DNA from: Octopus sinensis
Lineage: Eukaryota
DNA length: 64,000 nucleotides
Reading direction: 5' to 3'
Assembly: GCF_006345805.1 (NCBI RefSeq)
Contig: NC_043007.1
Location: 9,734,001 to 9,798,000, forward strand
This document shows, in pieces, positions 22,960 through 35,570 of the stretch; position 1 is the first letter of the stretch, and each line of letters starts with the position of its first letter. Below the pieces are notes generated by a model that saw only the letters and a program-made list of their open reading frames with translations, searched no databases and was not told the origin of the DNA. Both the position numbers and the translations under genes were made by a program.

Positions 22960-23323
22960 ATATATATATATATAAACGGCAAAATGTCTGTGTGTGTGTT
23001 CTTTATGCAAATCCGCAATTTTTCAGTTAGAGGGTTCGCACTTTCTATGGGCCTTCAAAACCGTCCAAGGATGGTCGTGCACATCTTTACATTTCCCCAG
23101 TCATCCCGCAAAGCCATTAAAAAATCAATAGAAGTGACTTTTTGTGAAATTTCTATCCAAAACCCAATCAAAATGCCCGAAGCTTGATACACTAATTGAA
23201 TGCCAGCTAGCTGTATGTGATTGGTCGGAGATTTGGACAGTACTTGCGTGTATGTGTGCACGCACGCAGTTGTATATGCATGCATTAGCACTATAACCCG
23301 GCGTTGCCGGGTCATAGTGCTAG
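22960..23323 (+). mobile_element. Non-autonomous Helitron-like element
   Basis: 3' hairpin ACCCGGCGTTGCCGGGT (23296-23312) just upstream of terminal CTAG followed by T. Confidence 0.7.
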
Positions 23324-23670
23324 TATGTAATGAAATTGTTGTATACGGTACTCAGGTGTATACAAGAAAAAAAAAAGCTATCAAGTGTACTGTTGGCGAA
23401 TTTCAGGAAGAATGGAAGTTTGGAAGGATGTGGTATCTCAACAGCTAACGACTGATGCAGGTAGTTTATTTCATGCTTCAGCAATTCTGAGTATGAAAAA
23501 ATGTTTCCGAAAGTCATGGGTACTGTGTTTTTTTTTTTTGTTTTTTTGATTTTGTATATATGTCCAAGAGTCAGAAGAGGCCCAAGGTTGTTGTTGTTGA
23601 AAAGATAATTGCTGTTTCCCTGCATGTATATAAAACACATACACGCACATACACACACTCACACACGCGT

Positions 23671-23719
<49 letters not shown>

Positions 23720-23739
23720 ACATACACACACACATATAT

Positions 23740-23885
23740 AGTTTTTCTCTCTCCGTTTTTCCCTCTTATCCTTTCTGTCGACGAGGCTCGAAACGTAGAA
23801 GATTTCTTCATTTTTACCGAGTGTTAAACTAAAACACTTCTTGTTCCTACACTTATCTTCATTTTTTCTTTGTAAATTTGAACTA
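23740..23885 (+). mobile_element. Penelope-like 3' repeat with broken hammerhead (CTGTCGA...GAAACGTA)
   Basis: Same family as 37430-37570 and 49700-49840; stem II partly deleted. Confidence 0.55.
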
Positions 23886-24062
23886 TATATATGTGTGTAT
23901 ATGTGTGTGTGCGCGCGTATGTATGTATATACAGAAATGTATACATGTATGTTCGTATGTATGTATGTATGTATGCATGTATGTATGCATGTATATGTGT
24001 ATATGTGTGTATGTATGTATGTATGCATGCATGTATAGATAAATAGATAGATAGATAGATAG

Positions 24063-24093
<31 letters not shown>

Positions 24094-24708
24094 TGTATGT
24101 ATGTATGTATGTATGTACATATGCATATACATATACGTGTGGGTGAACAAACAAAAGAAAGCGGCACTCAACACATTTAGTTGGTGTTATTAGTTAAAAC
24201 AGACTGATTCGGCCCCATCACAAGAACCTATCTCGATAGAATCATGCGGCCGAATCATATATTTTGTTATTATATGATCGAACGCCACGCATCCACTTCC
24301 AAGTAAGTTTTATCTTAATAATTATGATGCGCACTCTTAACTTTACTGTCTCTCGCCATCTCTTATTCTTCATTCTTTCTGGTTTCCTCTACCACCCTTC
24401 CTTATTTTTCTCTCCCTTTCACCGTTCCTTTTCTCTTACTCCTCCTCCTTCATCTCGTCGCTGACATGTGACCAGAGGGCTACTTTCTTTCTGACTACTG
24501 TCTTCAACAAGAGTGGACGGCTTTTCTGTCCCTCTCTTAAGCCGTTTTTCTCATAGCGTTCAAAATAATTTTTCATTTCGTTTCGGCTTAACAGACCTCA
24601 CCGTCTGTTTTACTGTTATTGTCCTTGTCCTGTCTTTTACTGTTTTTATTTGTATTTTTACATATATGTATGTATATATGCATGTGTTTTTATTATTATT
24701 TTGTTATT

Positions 24709-24754
<46 letters not shown>

Positions 24755-24883
24755 TGTGTATAGGTATACTGATGCACACAGGAAAATAAGAACTCAAAAT
24801 ATGAGCGTATGCATTTGATAAGTGCCAACGCACGAAACTCTCGGCCTTTGAGTTACTCTATTGCTTCTGCTAAATATTGATAC

Positions 24884-25106
24884 ATACTCTTTTACTCTTT
24901 TACTTGTTTCAGTCATGAGACTGCGGCCATGCTGGAGTACCGCTTTTTAGTCGAGCAAATCGACCCCAGGACTTATTCTTTGTAAGCCTAGTACTTATTT
25001 TGTCGGAGTCTTCTTGCTGAACCGCTAAGTTACGGGGACGTAAATACACCGGCATCGGTTGTTAAGCGATGTTGGGGGGACAAACACAGACACACCAACA
25101 CACACG

Positions 25107-25152
<46 letters not shown>

Positions 25153-25325
25153 TATTTATACGACGAGCTTTTTTCAGTTTCCGTCTACCAAATCCACTCA
25201 CAAGGCTTTGGTCGGCCCGAGGCTATAGTAGAAGACACTTTGCCTAAGGTGTCACGCAGTGGGACTCAACCTAGAACCATGTGGTAGGTAAGCAAGCTAT
25301 ATACCACACAGCCACTCCTACGCCT
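24884..25325 (-). mobile_element. SINE family A
   Basis: Full reverse-complement consensus. Confidence 0.9.
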
Positions 25326-25379
25326 ACATATATATATGTACACACACACACACACACACACACAAATATCAGAGGCCTT

Positions 25380-25893
25380 TTACACTTTGCATGCAGAAAC
25401 ATTCTTTTAAAGACAAGCATGAAAGCTCTCGCAAAACCACCACTACAGATACTTTTCCAGCGTTCCCTTGATTGTGGTGAACTTCCTAAACTGTTAAAAG
25501 AATGTACCATGTGCTCTGTTCATAAAAGAGATAGCAGTGCGGATGCTAAAAATGACAGGCCTATCTTTCTGGCACCTCATGTTAGTAAGAAAATGAAACG
25601 CATCGTCAGAAAGAGACAGATCTCGTTTCTGGAAAAAAATAATAACCTGGTCACAAACATACAACCTCCTCGGCTTCTGTCCGGGGAGGAGCTGCCTCAC
25701 ACAGCTACTACAGCGTTACAACTGGATCCCGAAACAGCAGCTCAACCACTCAAATGTAGATGTGATATATCGCGACTTTGCCAAGGCCTTTGACAAAGCT
25801 GGTCATGGAATGATATGTCGCAAACTGCGTGACCTGGGTAACATTGGATAACTTTCTAAAAGATAGAAAGAAGACAGTTGCAGCCAGCGGTGC

Positions 25894-25936
<43 letters not shown>

Positions 25937-27560
25937 CTCTCTCTCTCTCACTCTCTCTCTCTAGGGAAACATCAATCCACAGCAAAGTCCGTCAAGGAAC
26001 AGTACTGGAACCACTATTCCACTATTTGAGGAGGTTCTTTCGGACATGCCCTAAGCCATACAGCCACTCTCACAAGCTACGCTGACGATACAAAAGTATC
26101 ACAGGCGATGAAGTACCTTGATGATATTAAAACTGCAGAACGATCTGCGTACAGTATACAGATGAGCTAAAGAAAATATTGGGTTGTCCGGAAAGTTCGT
26201 GCCGATTTTTAAAGGAAAGAAAAAGGTCAATAAATACATTTATTCATTACATTTTTAATCAACCAAATATAAACCATTTTGTTGCACAATGCGTCTCCAT
26301 CTCTCCTTTAACTTGAAAATACCCTCTTCCCAGATTGAGGTGGTTTATGGCAAAGAATTCATCAAGGTATCTTTTTACGTCAGCCAAAGAATTGAAATTT
26401 TTACCATTAAGACTATTCTGCAGAGACCTGAATAAGTGGAAATCCGAAGGAACAATATCTGGTGAACATGGAGGGTGGGGTACCACATCCCAGCCGAGCT
26501 GCAGCAATTTTTGTCTGGTTCCCAAAGCATCAAGTGCCGAAAACGAACTTTCTTATCTTCCATTTTAAAGGGCTACATAATTAACACAGGTTATAAGGAA
26601 TATAAATCTTCTTCCACGATAGCTTCAAAGATAGCTTAAGCTGTGCTCTAAATGGAGGTGTAGTCAAATCCTATTTTATGGACTCAACCTTGTTCTAAAA
26701 AATTCGAAATGTAAGCTAAAAACTTTCCGGACAACCCAATAACATGCAGTTCAATGCTGAGAAGTTTCAAGCACTCCACTATCAGCTGACAGATTACAAT
26801 CGGAACAAATGGGTAGTGCATTCCCTGAGTCTGAGTCAGTGCGTGACCTAGGAAGCCGTATGAGTAATAATGCAACATTCCATGTGCATATTACTAAAAT
26901 AGTAACTCTGTGCAAGCGAGGATCTAATTGGTTTCTGATATTATTCAGAGCAAAGAAACAGTATACCATGCTACTCTTATGGTTAACAGTTGTTCTCAGT
27001 CGCCTATATTACTACTCCCAACTGTAGTCAGTGCAGAGCGTCAAACTTGTGGCGGAACTGAGGCAATCCAGCGTCACTACGAAGAAGATTGACTCGGCGA
27101 AACAGATGAGATGCTGGAATAGACTAAATGAAATTAAGCTCTACTCCCTAGCGAGAAGAGCTGAAAGATATGCAGTGCTATACATATGAGAGATCCTGGA
27201 AGGTCTAACTCCCAACTTTGGAAATGAAAATTGTCAACAACCGAACTGGATTGTACAAAAGCTCACGTCTACTCCGTTTAGAATAAGCATTCTGTACTGT
27301 AACAACTTAGGTTTCAAGGATCCATAACTATTTAACATTCTGCCAAACAACGTCAGAAATCAGCAAGTCGTATTTGAAGAGGTTCTCAATGAACGTCTTG
27401 ACAACATTTTCTCTGAGATATCGGATGAACACCTTCATCGTGGCAGGAAATAAAAACCAATTATACTAAAAAAAAAAAACAGAAATAAAAACCAATTACA
27501 CTACAAAGCGGTGTCCTAGCATGGCCAAACCCTCTAGCTGAAACCAGTAAAAGATAAAAG
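25380..27560 (+). mobile_element. CR1/L2-group LINE remnant (RT and 3' end), fragmented, with mariner insertion and an inverted RT piece at ~26600-26790
   Basis: VIYRDFAKAFDK, GTVLEPLLF, YADDTKV, VRDLG..MSNNATFHVHI; 3' end GCGGTGTCCTAGCATGGCC...CTGAAACCAGTAAAAG. Confidence 0.8.
26177..26555 (-). mobile_element. Mariner 3' fragment with one TIR
   Basis: TA+TTGGGTTGTCCGGAAAGTTCG; LGWDVVPHPPCSPDIVPSDFHLFRSLQN. Confidence 0.85.
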
Positions 27561-28028
27561 AAAGACATGTATAAATATATATATAACATTCCGCATTTGG
27601 TAGCACAAAAGGCGCACAATTAAGTGAAACACACCCCAATTTCAGCAACGCATATTTAGGGCCATATATCTTTAGTGCATTAAAGCGTGTAATAGAGGGT
27701 TTACTTTACATAAAGGCCTCGAGGTGATATTTTGGAAGACATTTGAGTGTAAGGGGAAGGAGCATAATATAAGCCATAATATATTGTAAATAATATGTAT
27801 GTTTATATATAAATATAAATACATATATATATATTAATATATATATATTTTTTTTATACATATATACACATATATATGCACATATATATGAATAATATAT
27901 ATATATGTATACATACATATATATATGCACATATATATGAATAATATATATCTACATATATATATGCATTAATATATGTATGTATGAACGTATGTATGCG
28001 TGTATATATGTGTGTGTATATGTGTGTG

Positions 28029-28126
<98 letters not shown>

Positions 28127-28318
28127 ATATATGTGTGTGTGTATATATACTCTTTTACTCTTATATTTGGTTCAGTCATTTGACTGTGGCCATGCAGGAG
28201 TACCGCCTTTAGTCGAACAAATGAACCCCAGAACTTATTCTTTGTAAGCCCAGTACTTATTCTATCGGTCTCTTTTCCCGAACCGCTAAGTTACGGGGAC
28301 ACAAACACGCCAACGTCG

Positions 28319-28481
28319 TTATTTACTTTATTTATTTTATTTTCATTTGACGGATATTTGCCCTCACCTTGCTTCTTGTTAACACAACGTTTTGGTTGAT
28401 ATACCCCCCAGCCTTCATCAGGTGTCTTGGGGAAATTTCGAACCTGGGTTCTCAATCCTAAAGTATTTTTCGATGTTGTTG

Positions 28482-28525
<44 letters not shown>

Positions 28526-28711
28526 ATTATTATTATTATTATTATTATTCAGGTCACTGCCTGTAATCGAACTCGGAATCTTGGGGTTAGTAGACTGCGC
28601 TCTTAACCACTACTTCATATGCTCGTGGTTAAGAGCGCGGTCTACTAACACCAAGATTCCGAGTTCGATTCCAGGCAGTGATCTGAATAATAATAATAAT
28701 AATAATAATAA

Positions 28712-28758
<47 letters not shown>

Positions 28759-28768
28759 CAACAATAAT

Positions 28769-28850
<82 letters not shown>

Positions 28851-29609
28851 GCCCTGATACAGTACCAGACAGTGGCTCTCATGGCTTTTGATCTTAACTG
28901 ATTGGAAGTGTAATCATGTACATTGTTTTGTCTTGGTATAAAAGATGGGCTACAGCAAATATTCGGCTTAATACCACAGATTTGCTTGTCAGTTGTTTGA
29001 CAATAACCAGTTGAGCATGTCCCTTAGTGGATGACGATATGTGCATCTCTGATCACTAGCACAAGTAGTGGGGGAGCATCATAGCCGTGTGTTGAAAGGA
29101 ATTCTTAGATGTTTGGATAATTCACCTTTGGAAATACGGGTGGTTCGTTGAAACATCTTTAACCAATCTTCATTCAGGGACCTTTTGAGCAGGATTGGCT
29201 ACTCGACTAGAAGAAAATTCTAACTGGCCCCACCTGCAAGGTCATGCGCTGTTTATAATGCTATGAGATCACCATGTCGCGCACGTATGGTTGTGATGCA
29301 TGTGCCTGGTGTACCCTTATCAGACGGGTAGTCATGATGAGTATACTGGACTTTGTATATTTTACCCCTGTGTCACTTTAATGGCATGCACTGCTTTCTC
29401 ACTCAACAATAATAAGAAGAATAACATCGAAAACTACCTTAGGATTGAGAACCCAGGTTCGAAATTTCCCCCAAGACACCAGATGAAGGCTGAAGGGTAT
29501 ATCAGTCGAAACGCTGCGTTAACAACAAACAAGATGAGGACAAATATCCGTCAAATGTAAATAATGTAAATAATGCGCATAATTCCTCATCTCTGAAATA
29601 GAGGACCGT
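28319..29609. mobile_element. Head-to-head inverted pair of tRNA-head/(AAT)n/hammerhead-tail elements (family E)
   Basis: Central 63-bp inverted tRNA-like heads; outer ~150-bp inverted tails; 12-bp TSD ACGCCAAC(G/A)TCG at 28307-28318 and 29610-29621. Confidence 0.8.
28850..29408 (+). mobile_element. Unclassified ~560-bp insertion inside the (AAT)n of the + family E copy
   Basis: Non-microsatellite block bounded by AAT repeats on both sides; no ORF recognised. Confidence 0.55.
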
Positions 29610-29679
29610 ACGCCAACATCGGTTGTCAAGCGACAGAGAGGGGACAAACACAGACACACAAACATGCATATATATATAT

Positions 29680-30076
29680 ACCTTTATATATAAAAGTGAG
29701 GTTGTGTGCTGTCTGTCTCCTACGATTTAGATTCCTAACTACTCCCACATTTTGCGGTGCGGTTTAACCAAAACCGGGTCTCTTATAGTCGTGATTCATA
29801 TCGAGCCCTTCTGGGTATTAGCGCGAGTCTACGATGAGTCTACGATTTTAAAAAAATTTACCATCAATTTTTCCCATTTTTAATGCATTTTTGGCATATA
29901 TAAGGGAAGTGTACTCTCTAAAAAATTATTATTAAATCTCAGAACGTAAAAAGCTACAGTAACACCCCGCCTTTGTAGTTAGCCATATTGAGATGGCTAT
30001 TATACTTTACATCTCTAAAAATGCTTATATAGTTATTTCCCTTACAAACCCGAGCAACGCCGGGCGATACTGCTAG
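29680..30076 (+). mobile_element. Non-autonomous Helitron-like element in the SINE A central (TA)n
   Basis: 3' hairpin CCCGAGCAACGCCGGG (30049-30064) then CTAG followed by T. Confidence 0.75.
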
Positions 30077-30889
30077 TATATATATAAGAGAACAAAGTGT
30101 ACGTACGCCGCTATATATATATATATATATATATATATACGACGGGTTTTTACCTGTTTCCATCTACCAAATCCACTCACAAGGCTTTGGTCGGCCCGAG
30201 GCTATAGTAGAAGACACTTGCCCAAGGTACCACGTAGTGTGACTGAGCCCGAAACCATGTGGTTGGTAAGCAAGCTACTTACCACACACCCACTCCTAAA
30301 CACACACACACATACACACAAGCATATGCATTTGTATGTATGTATGTATGTATGTATGTATGTATGTATGTATGTATGTATGTATGTGTATATGTATGTA
30401 TGTATGTATGTATTATGTATGTATGTGTGTATGTATTATGTATGTATGTAAATAAGTTATATTAGAAGTATTCCATCTTTTTTTTCTTTCCACTATCCAC
30501 TGAATTCGGCTCAGTTGCGATACATACAAATTTTAGCGCCGTATTAAACGTTACAGTGTGTAAAAATCTCGATAAAAATCTGCGTTCATTGGAGTATAGA
30601 CAACACACAGCTGAGGGCATATTTAGGTCAACCACAAAATCACACAGCGACAACAGTGAACGCATATCGATGAGTAAGGTGAAATAGGTAGCAATAGTTA
30701 AGAGTTCTGTCATAATAATTCTTTCTGCAATAGGTAGGTACAGGGCCTGAAACTTTAGTGGGGTTTGGGAGGGCTCGGCTTGTAAAAGATAAATTGCAAA
30801 GTCGATCTCGAAGAAATGTTGTAATAATGAAAAACTTAAACGTTTTTCATACATGTGTACATGTCTCTACAAGTAGTAATAATGTTCGC

Positions 30890-31290
30890 GAGGTCGTTGT
30901 TGTTGTCGTCGTCGTAAGGTTGTAGTTGAGGTGGCGGTGGTGTTGGTGGTGTTGGTGGTGGTGGTGGTGTTGTTGGTGGTGGTGGTGTTGTTGTTGGTGG
31001 TGGTGTTGTTGGTGGTGGTGTTGTTGGTGGTGGTGGTGTTGTTGGTGGTGGTGTTGTTGGTGGTGGTGTTGGTGGTGGTGGTGGTGGTGTTGGTGGTAGT
31101 GGTGGTGGTGGTGGTGGTAGTGGTGGTGGTGGTGGTGGTAGTGGTGGTAGTGGTGATGGTGGTGGTGGTGGTGTTGGTGGTGGTGGTGGTGTTGGTGGTG
31201 GTGGTGATGGTGGTGGTATTCGTCGTCATCGTCATCGTCGTCACCGCCATTAAGGTCACGGTCACCGTCGTTCCCCATCGTTGCTGCTGT
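30890..31290. repeat. (GGT/GTT)n trinucleotide array
   Basis: Direct reading. Confidence 0.95.
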
Positions 31291-31319
31291 TAGGAGCTAG
31301 TGGCACGTGTCTGTAGATA

Positions 31320-31850
<531 letters not shown>

Positions 31851-33292
31851 AGCCTTTTTTATTGAAGATCGTAGTGATTTTCGACTGAAACTTGAATTTA
31901 CCATGCGGAAAGCTACTACAAACAACATAGCTGAACACATAGCCGCACAATTGAGTGACAGAACGATAACAACTGCTCAACAGATAAACAGATTCTTTCT
32001 CTGCCGTAGTTATAGAAGAAACCGTAACTACAAATCACATTTTCCATGGAGCTATGGATTGAATACTGATTTATTTAACTGTTATAAAAGAGTGAAGCAA
32101 AACCTCGCTGTTGGATATACGAATATCAGGTCATCCCATAAGTTTCGTCCGAATTTTGATTAAAGAAAGCAAGTGATCAAATGTTATATTTAATTGAAAT
32201 TTAATCATCAATTTACTTTCCCTGATTATCTATGACTTCCTTCCATCTATTTACAAGCTTTTTAATCCCATCAATGTAAAACTCTTTTGGTTTCAAAGCG
32301 AAGAACTCTGAAATGTCAGTTTCGACCTCCTCCTGGCTTACGAAAGTTATGTCCTCCAAACGATGCTGTAAACTACGAAACAAATGGTAGTCTGAAGGAA
32401 CAGGGTCGGAAGAATCAGGTGGATGAGGATTTTTTTCCCAACCAAGCAATTCGATCTTCTGTGATGTGATCTTTACAGTGTGGGGTCGCGCATTGTCCTG
32501 GTGAAACATCACTCCTTTTCGATTCACTAAAGCGGCTCTATTTTTCTTCAAAGCTTGGTTCCAACGCTCTAATTACTGACAGTAGACTTGAGCATTGATT
32601 GTTGCATTAGGTGCTAACAATTCAAAGTGAATTACTCCTTTGCAATCCCACCAGATAGAGAGAAGAACCATTTTTTCCATGGAGTTCCCTTCTCGGTTGT
32701 GGTTGAGCTTTTTCCCTTTTACCAAGACACTGTTTACGATGTTTAACATTTCGATAGAAGATCCATTTTTCGTCACCAGTCACAAATTTATGAGTTCGTG
32801 AGAATAGAGAGAAGAGCAGATGTCAACTCAGGATTTGCGGTTGCTTTCGGGCAATTCATAAGGCACCCATTTTCCAAGTTTATGAACCTTTCTAAATTGT
32901 TGAAGATGACGATGAACAGTTGAATGGTTTGAATTAAGCTTTATTGCCAATTCTTCAACTGAGAATGCAATATTCACGTAATGCCTCAAGGAGCTTATCA
33001 TCAAACTCAACTGGACCTCCTGTTCGATCTACATCGATCTTCATCGATCAAAGCTGAAGTCGCCAAACGACCAAAACTGAAACCTTCACTTCTGAATTTT
33101 GCAAACCATCTTCTGCAAGTTCTTTCATTCAAACATTCTTTCCCATAAACTGAGTGTATGTTTCGAGTCGCTTCGGCTGCAGGGTTTCCTTTTTTGTACT
33201 CATAAAGCATTATGTGCCTTAAATGCTCTTTGGATACTTCCATGTTAGAAAGGGTTTTAACGAAATTTTCATTCTATTATTCTGTAAAATAA

Positions 33293-33550
33293 TATATTAT
33301 TATTATTATTATTATTATCATTATTATTATTATTATTCAGGTCACTGCCTGGAATCGAACTCAGAATCTTGGGGTTAGTAGCCTGCGCTCTTAACCACTA
33401 CACCATATGCCCGTGGGCTGGATATCTGTTCTCATCTTGTTTGTTGTTAAGACAACGTTTCGGTTGATTTTCCCCAAGACACCTGATGAAGGCTGAAGGG
33501 TATATCAGCCGAAACGTTGTGCTAACAACAAACAAGATGAGGACAAATAT
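33293..33550. mobile_element. Second family E composite: (TTA)n, reversed tRNA head, foldback tail
   Basis: Head 33336-33418 on minus; 47-bp inverted arms 33422-33468 and 33504-33550. Confidence 0.8.
33478..33523 (+). ncRNA. Type-I minimal hammerhead ribozyme, intact core
   Basis: GACAC-CTGATGA-A-GGCTG(loop)CAGCC-GAAAC-GTT-GTGCT; palindromic AACGTT stem III; GUU triplet; one stem I mismatch. Confidence 0.7.
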
Positions 33551-34004
33551 TTATTTAGTTTAAAGGAACACAAATGCATAAAATTAATTTTTATTTCGGT
33601 TAGACATTCTAAAATACTATTAAATTTCATTCAATTTTAAAAAGGTAAAATCGGACAGAACTTATGGGATGACCTGATAGATTGAAAGCACACTAGGACG
33701 ATCTCCACCCAGAACTAAATCATGTTGTTGCAAAACAATTATGCCAACAAGCAAAATTTGGGAAACATAAGAAAGTTAGCGAATGTAGCTTTATTAAAAA
33801 ACGATCTGAAATTAACCTTCTCCCAAAAAGTATAAACGAAAACGTGAAGGAGTATAGGACAAAACCTCCCTAGACAAAACCTCATCTAGTATAAAACCCC
33901 CTAAGTTAAAATACGAAGGAGGACAAAACCTTAACAGTTATATTTTTGGCGGAAGTGTACATTAAACACCCCCTTCTCTTCTCGATTTATTTTATTATCA
34001 TTTT

Positions 34005-34235
34005 ACGAGCTGGCAGAATCGTTAGCACGTCGGGCGAAATGCTTAGCGGTATTTCGGCTGCCGTTACGTTGTGAGTTCAAATTCCACCGCGGTCGACTTT
34101 GCCTTTCATCCTTTCGGGGTCGATAAATTAAGTACCAGTTAAGCACTGGGGTCGATATAATCGACTTAATACCTATGTCTGTCCATGTTTGTCCCCTCTA
34201 TGTTTAGCCCCTTGTGGGTAATAATGAAATAGGTT
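34005..34235 (+). mobile_element. SINE family B
   Basis: Consensus head, core and tail. Confidence 0.88.
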
Positions 34236-34261
34236 TATTTTATTATCATCTTTTTTTTTAC

Positions 34262-34850
34262 AGATTCCGACATTTTCGGCAATGGAGATCCCGATTCTGA
34301 CAAAAAAATACATGATGTAGCTAAAACACTGTATAATGATATTCTTCAGAAGGATACCCTGAGGCGAAACACATAGCCCACAGTATGGGAGAAACTATAG
34401 CCACTCATAATTAGGGGTATTGGTGGAATGTCTCATTGAAAACCTCAGTAAAATGTAAACGTAATAGATCTGACATAATGATTTGGGACAGAGAAAAGAA
34501 ACTGTGTACAGTTGTGGAAATCAGATGCCCAGCGTATGTTAACATAAAGCTTAAACTTCAACGAAAATAAATAACACTGAACTATTGATAAATCTACAAT
34601 TACTCTACCCAGATTTGTGGCACTAGGATATGTAACACACTGTCTAAGTACCAATCTTGAGAAATTAAGGCTTCTCAAAACCAGAGAGGCGAAAGCTGAT
34701 TTGAAGAGTACATTTCCAATTTTTACTCTGAAACTGTAAAAATCTATAAAACTTTCCAGAAGTTTATCATTTAAATATATATGAGCATGTCTGGACATGC
34801 AACTATATGCATGAGAATACATACATAAAACAAAACATTTGTAATCTGAT
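34262..34850 (+). mobile_element. R4/Dong-type LINE 3' fragment ((CATA)n-ending family)
   Basis: Homologous to 4840-5400, with stops and deletions. Confidence 0.8.
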
Positions 34851-35019
34851 TTTCTCATAACCGCTCTCTACTCGACTAACACTTCGTTTTGAAGCATAGA
34901 TATATTGAGTTCTACACTAGGTTATTTGTTTCGTAATGGCTAAGCGAAGTGTGTATGTGTGTGTGTATGTGCGCACAGGTGTGTATGTGTGTGCGTACGC
35001 ATGTAGGTAGTTAGTTAGT

Positions 35020-35570
35020 TAGTTAATTTTTGGCTCAAAAAGCAAAAAAGCAAGGCCATGTAGGAGGACATGGAGTTATGTACAGGGTGGTGTTCATGTA
35101 AAGAGTTCAGGCCACTTGTGGTCAAGGGAGACTTTGAACCGAGCGGTCGTCGGCATCTTCAAAATCTCGTCCGGCAGCTTATTCCACGGATCCGCAACCC
35201 GGACGGAGAAAGCCCCACTCCTTCGATTGAGATGAAATCGTCGCAGATAGAGCTTTTCGGAATGACCCCGCAGCCTACGCTCTGGAGCAGGAGTGAAGAA
35301 CAGCTCCTTCGAGAGGTTACACTTTCCGCTTATGATGTTGTGAGCGAGAATGAGCTCACCACGGCGTCGTCGTTTTTCTAGAGAATAAAGGTCGAGCGTC
35401 TTCAGCCTTTCTTCATAAGACAAATTCTTGAGACCAAGAACCATGCGAGTAGCCAGCTTCTGGACTCTTTCGAGATGCTGTAAGTCTTTGAGGAGATAAG
35501 AAGAGGCTTGAATCCCGTACTCCAATATGGGTCTCACCAGCGTGACATAGAGCGGTAGGAATATGGCTGC
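35020..35570 (-). mobile_element. CR1-clade LINE 3' end
   Basis: LYVTLVRPILEYGIQA...LERVQKLATRMV...LSYEERL...RGHSEKL...FSVRVADPWNKLP; short tandem tail (TAAC)n. Confidence 0.9.

Larger units (their letters stand above)
28148..30295 (-). mobile_element. SINE family A split by two insertions (pieces 28148-28318, 29610-29670, 30135-30295)
   Basis: Pieces rejoin to the consensus once the inserts are removed. Confidence 0.8.
32126..33677 (-). mobile_element. Full-length mariner (DD34D), transposase fragmented, family E insert in 5' UTR
   Basis: TIR TCAGGTCATCCCATAAGTT / AACTTATGGGATGACCTGA; TA TSD; HLRHIMLYEYKKG, LGKWVPYEL, HQDNARPH-(34)-D. Confidence 0.92.

Noticed and set aside
28548-28687. 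SINE heads as functional tRNA genes
   Set aside because: Acceptor and anticodon stems are imperfect and they run into repeat bodies; A/B boxes only
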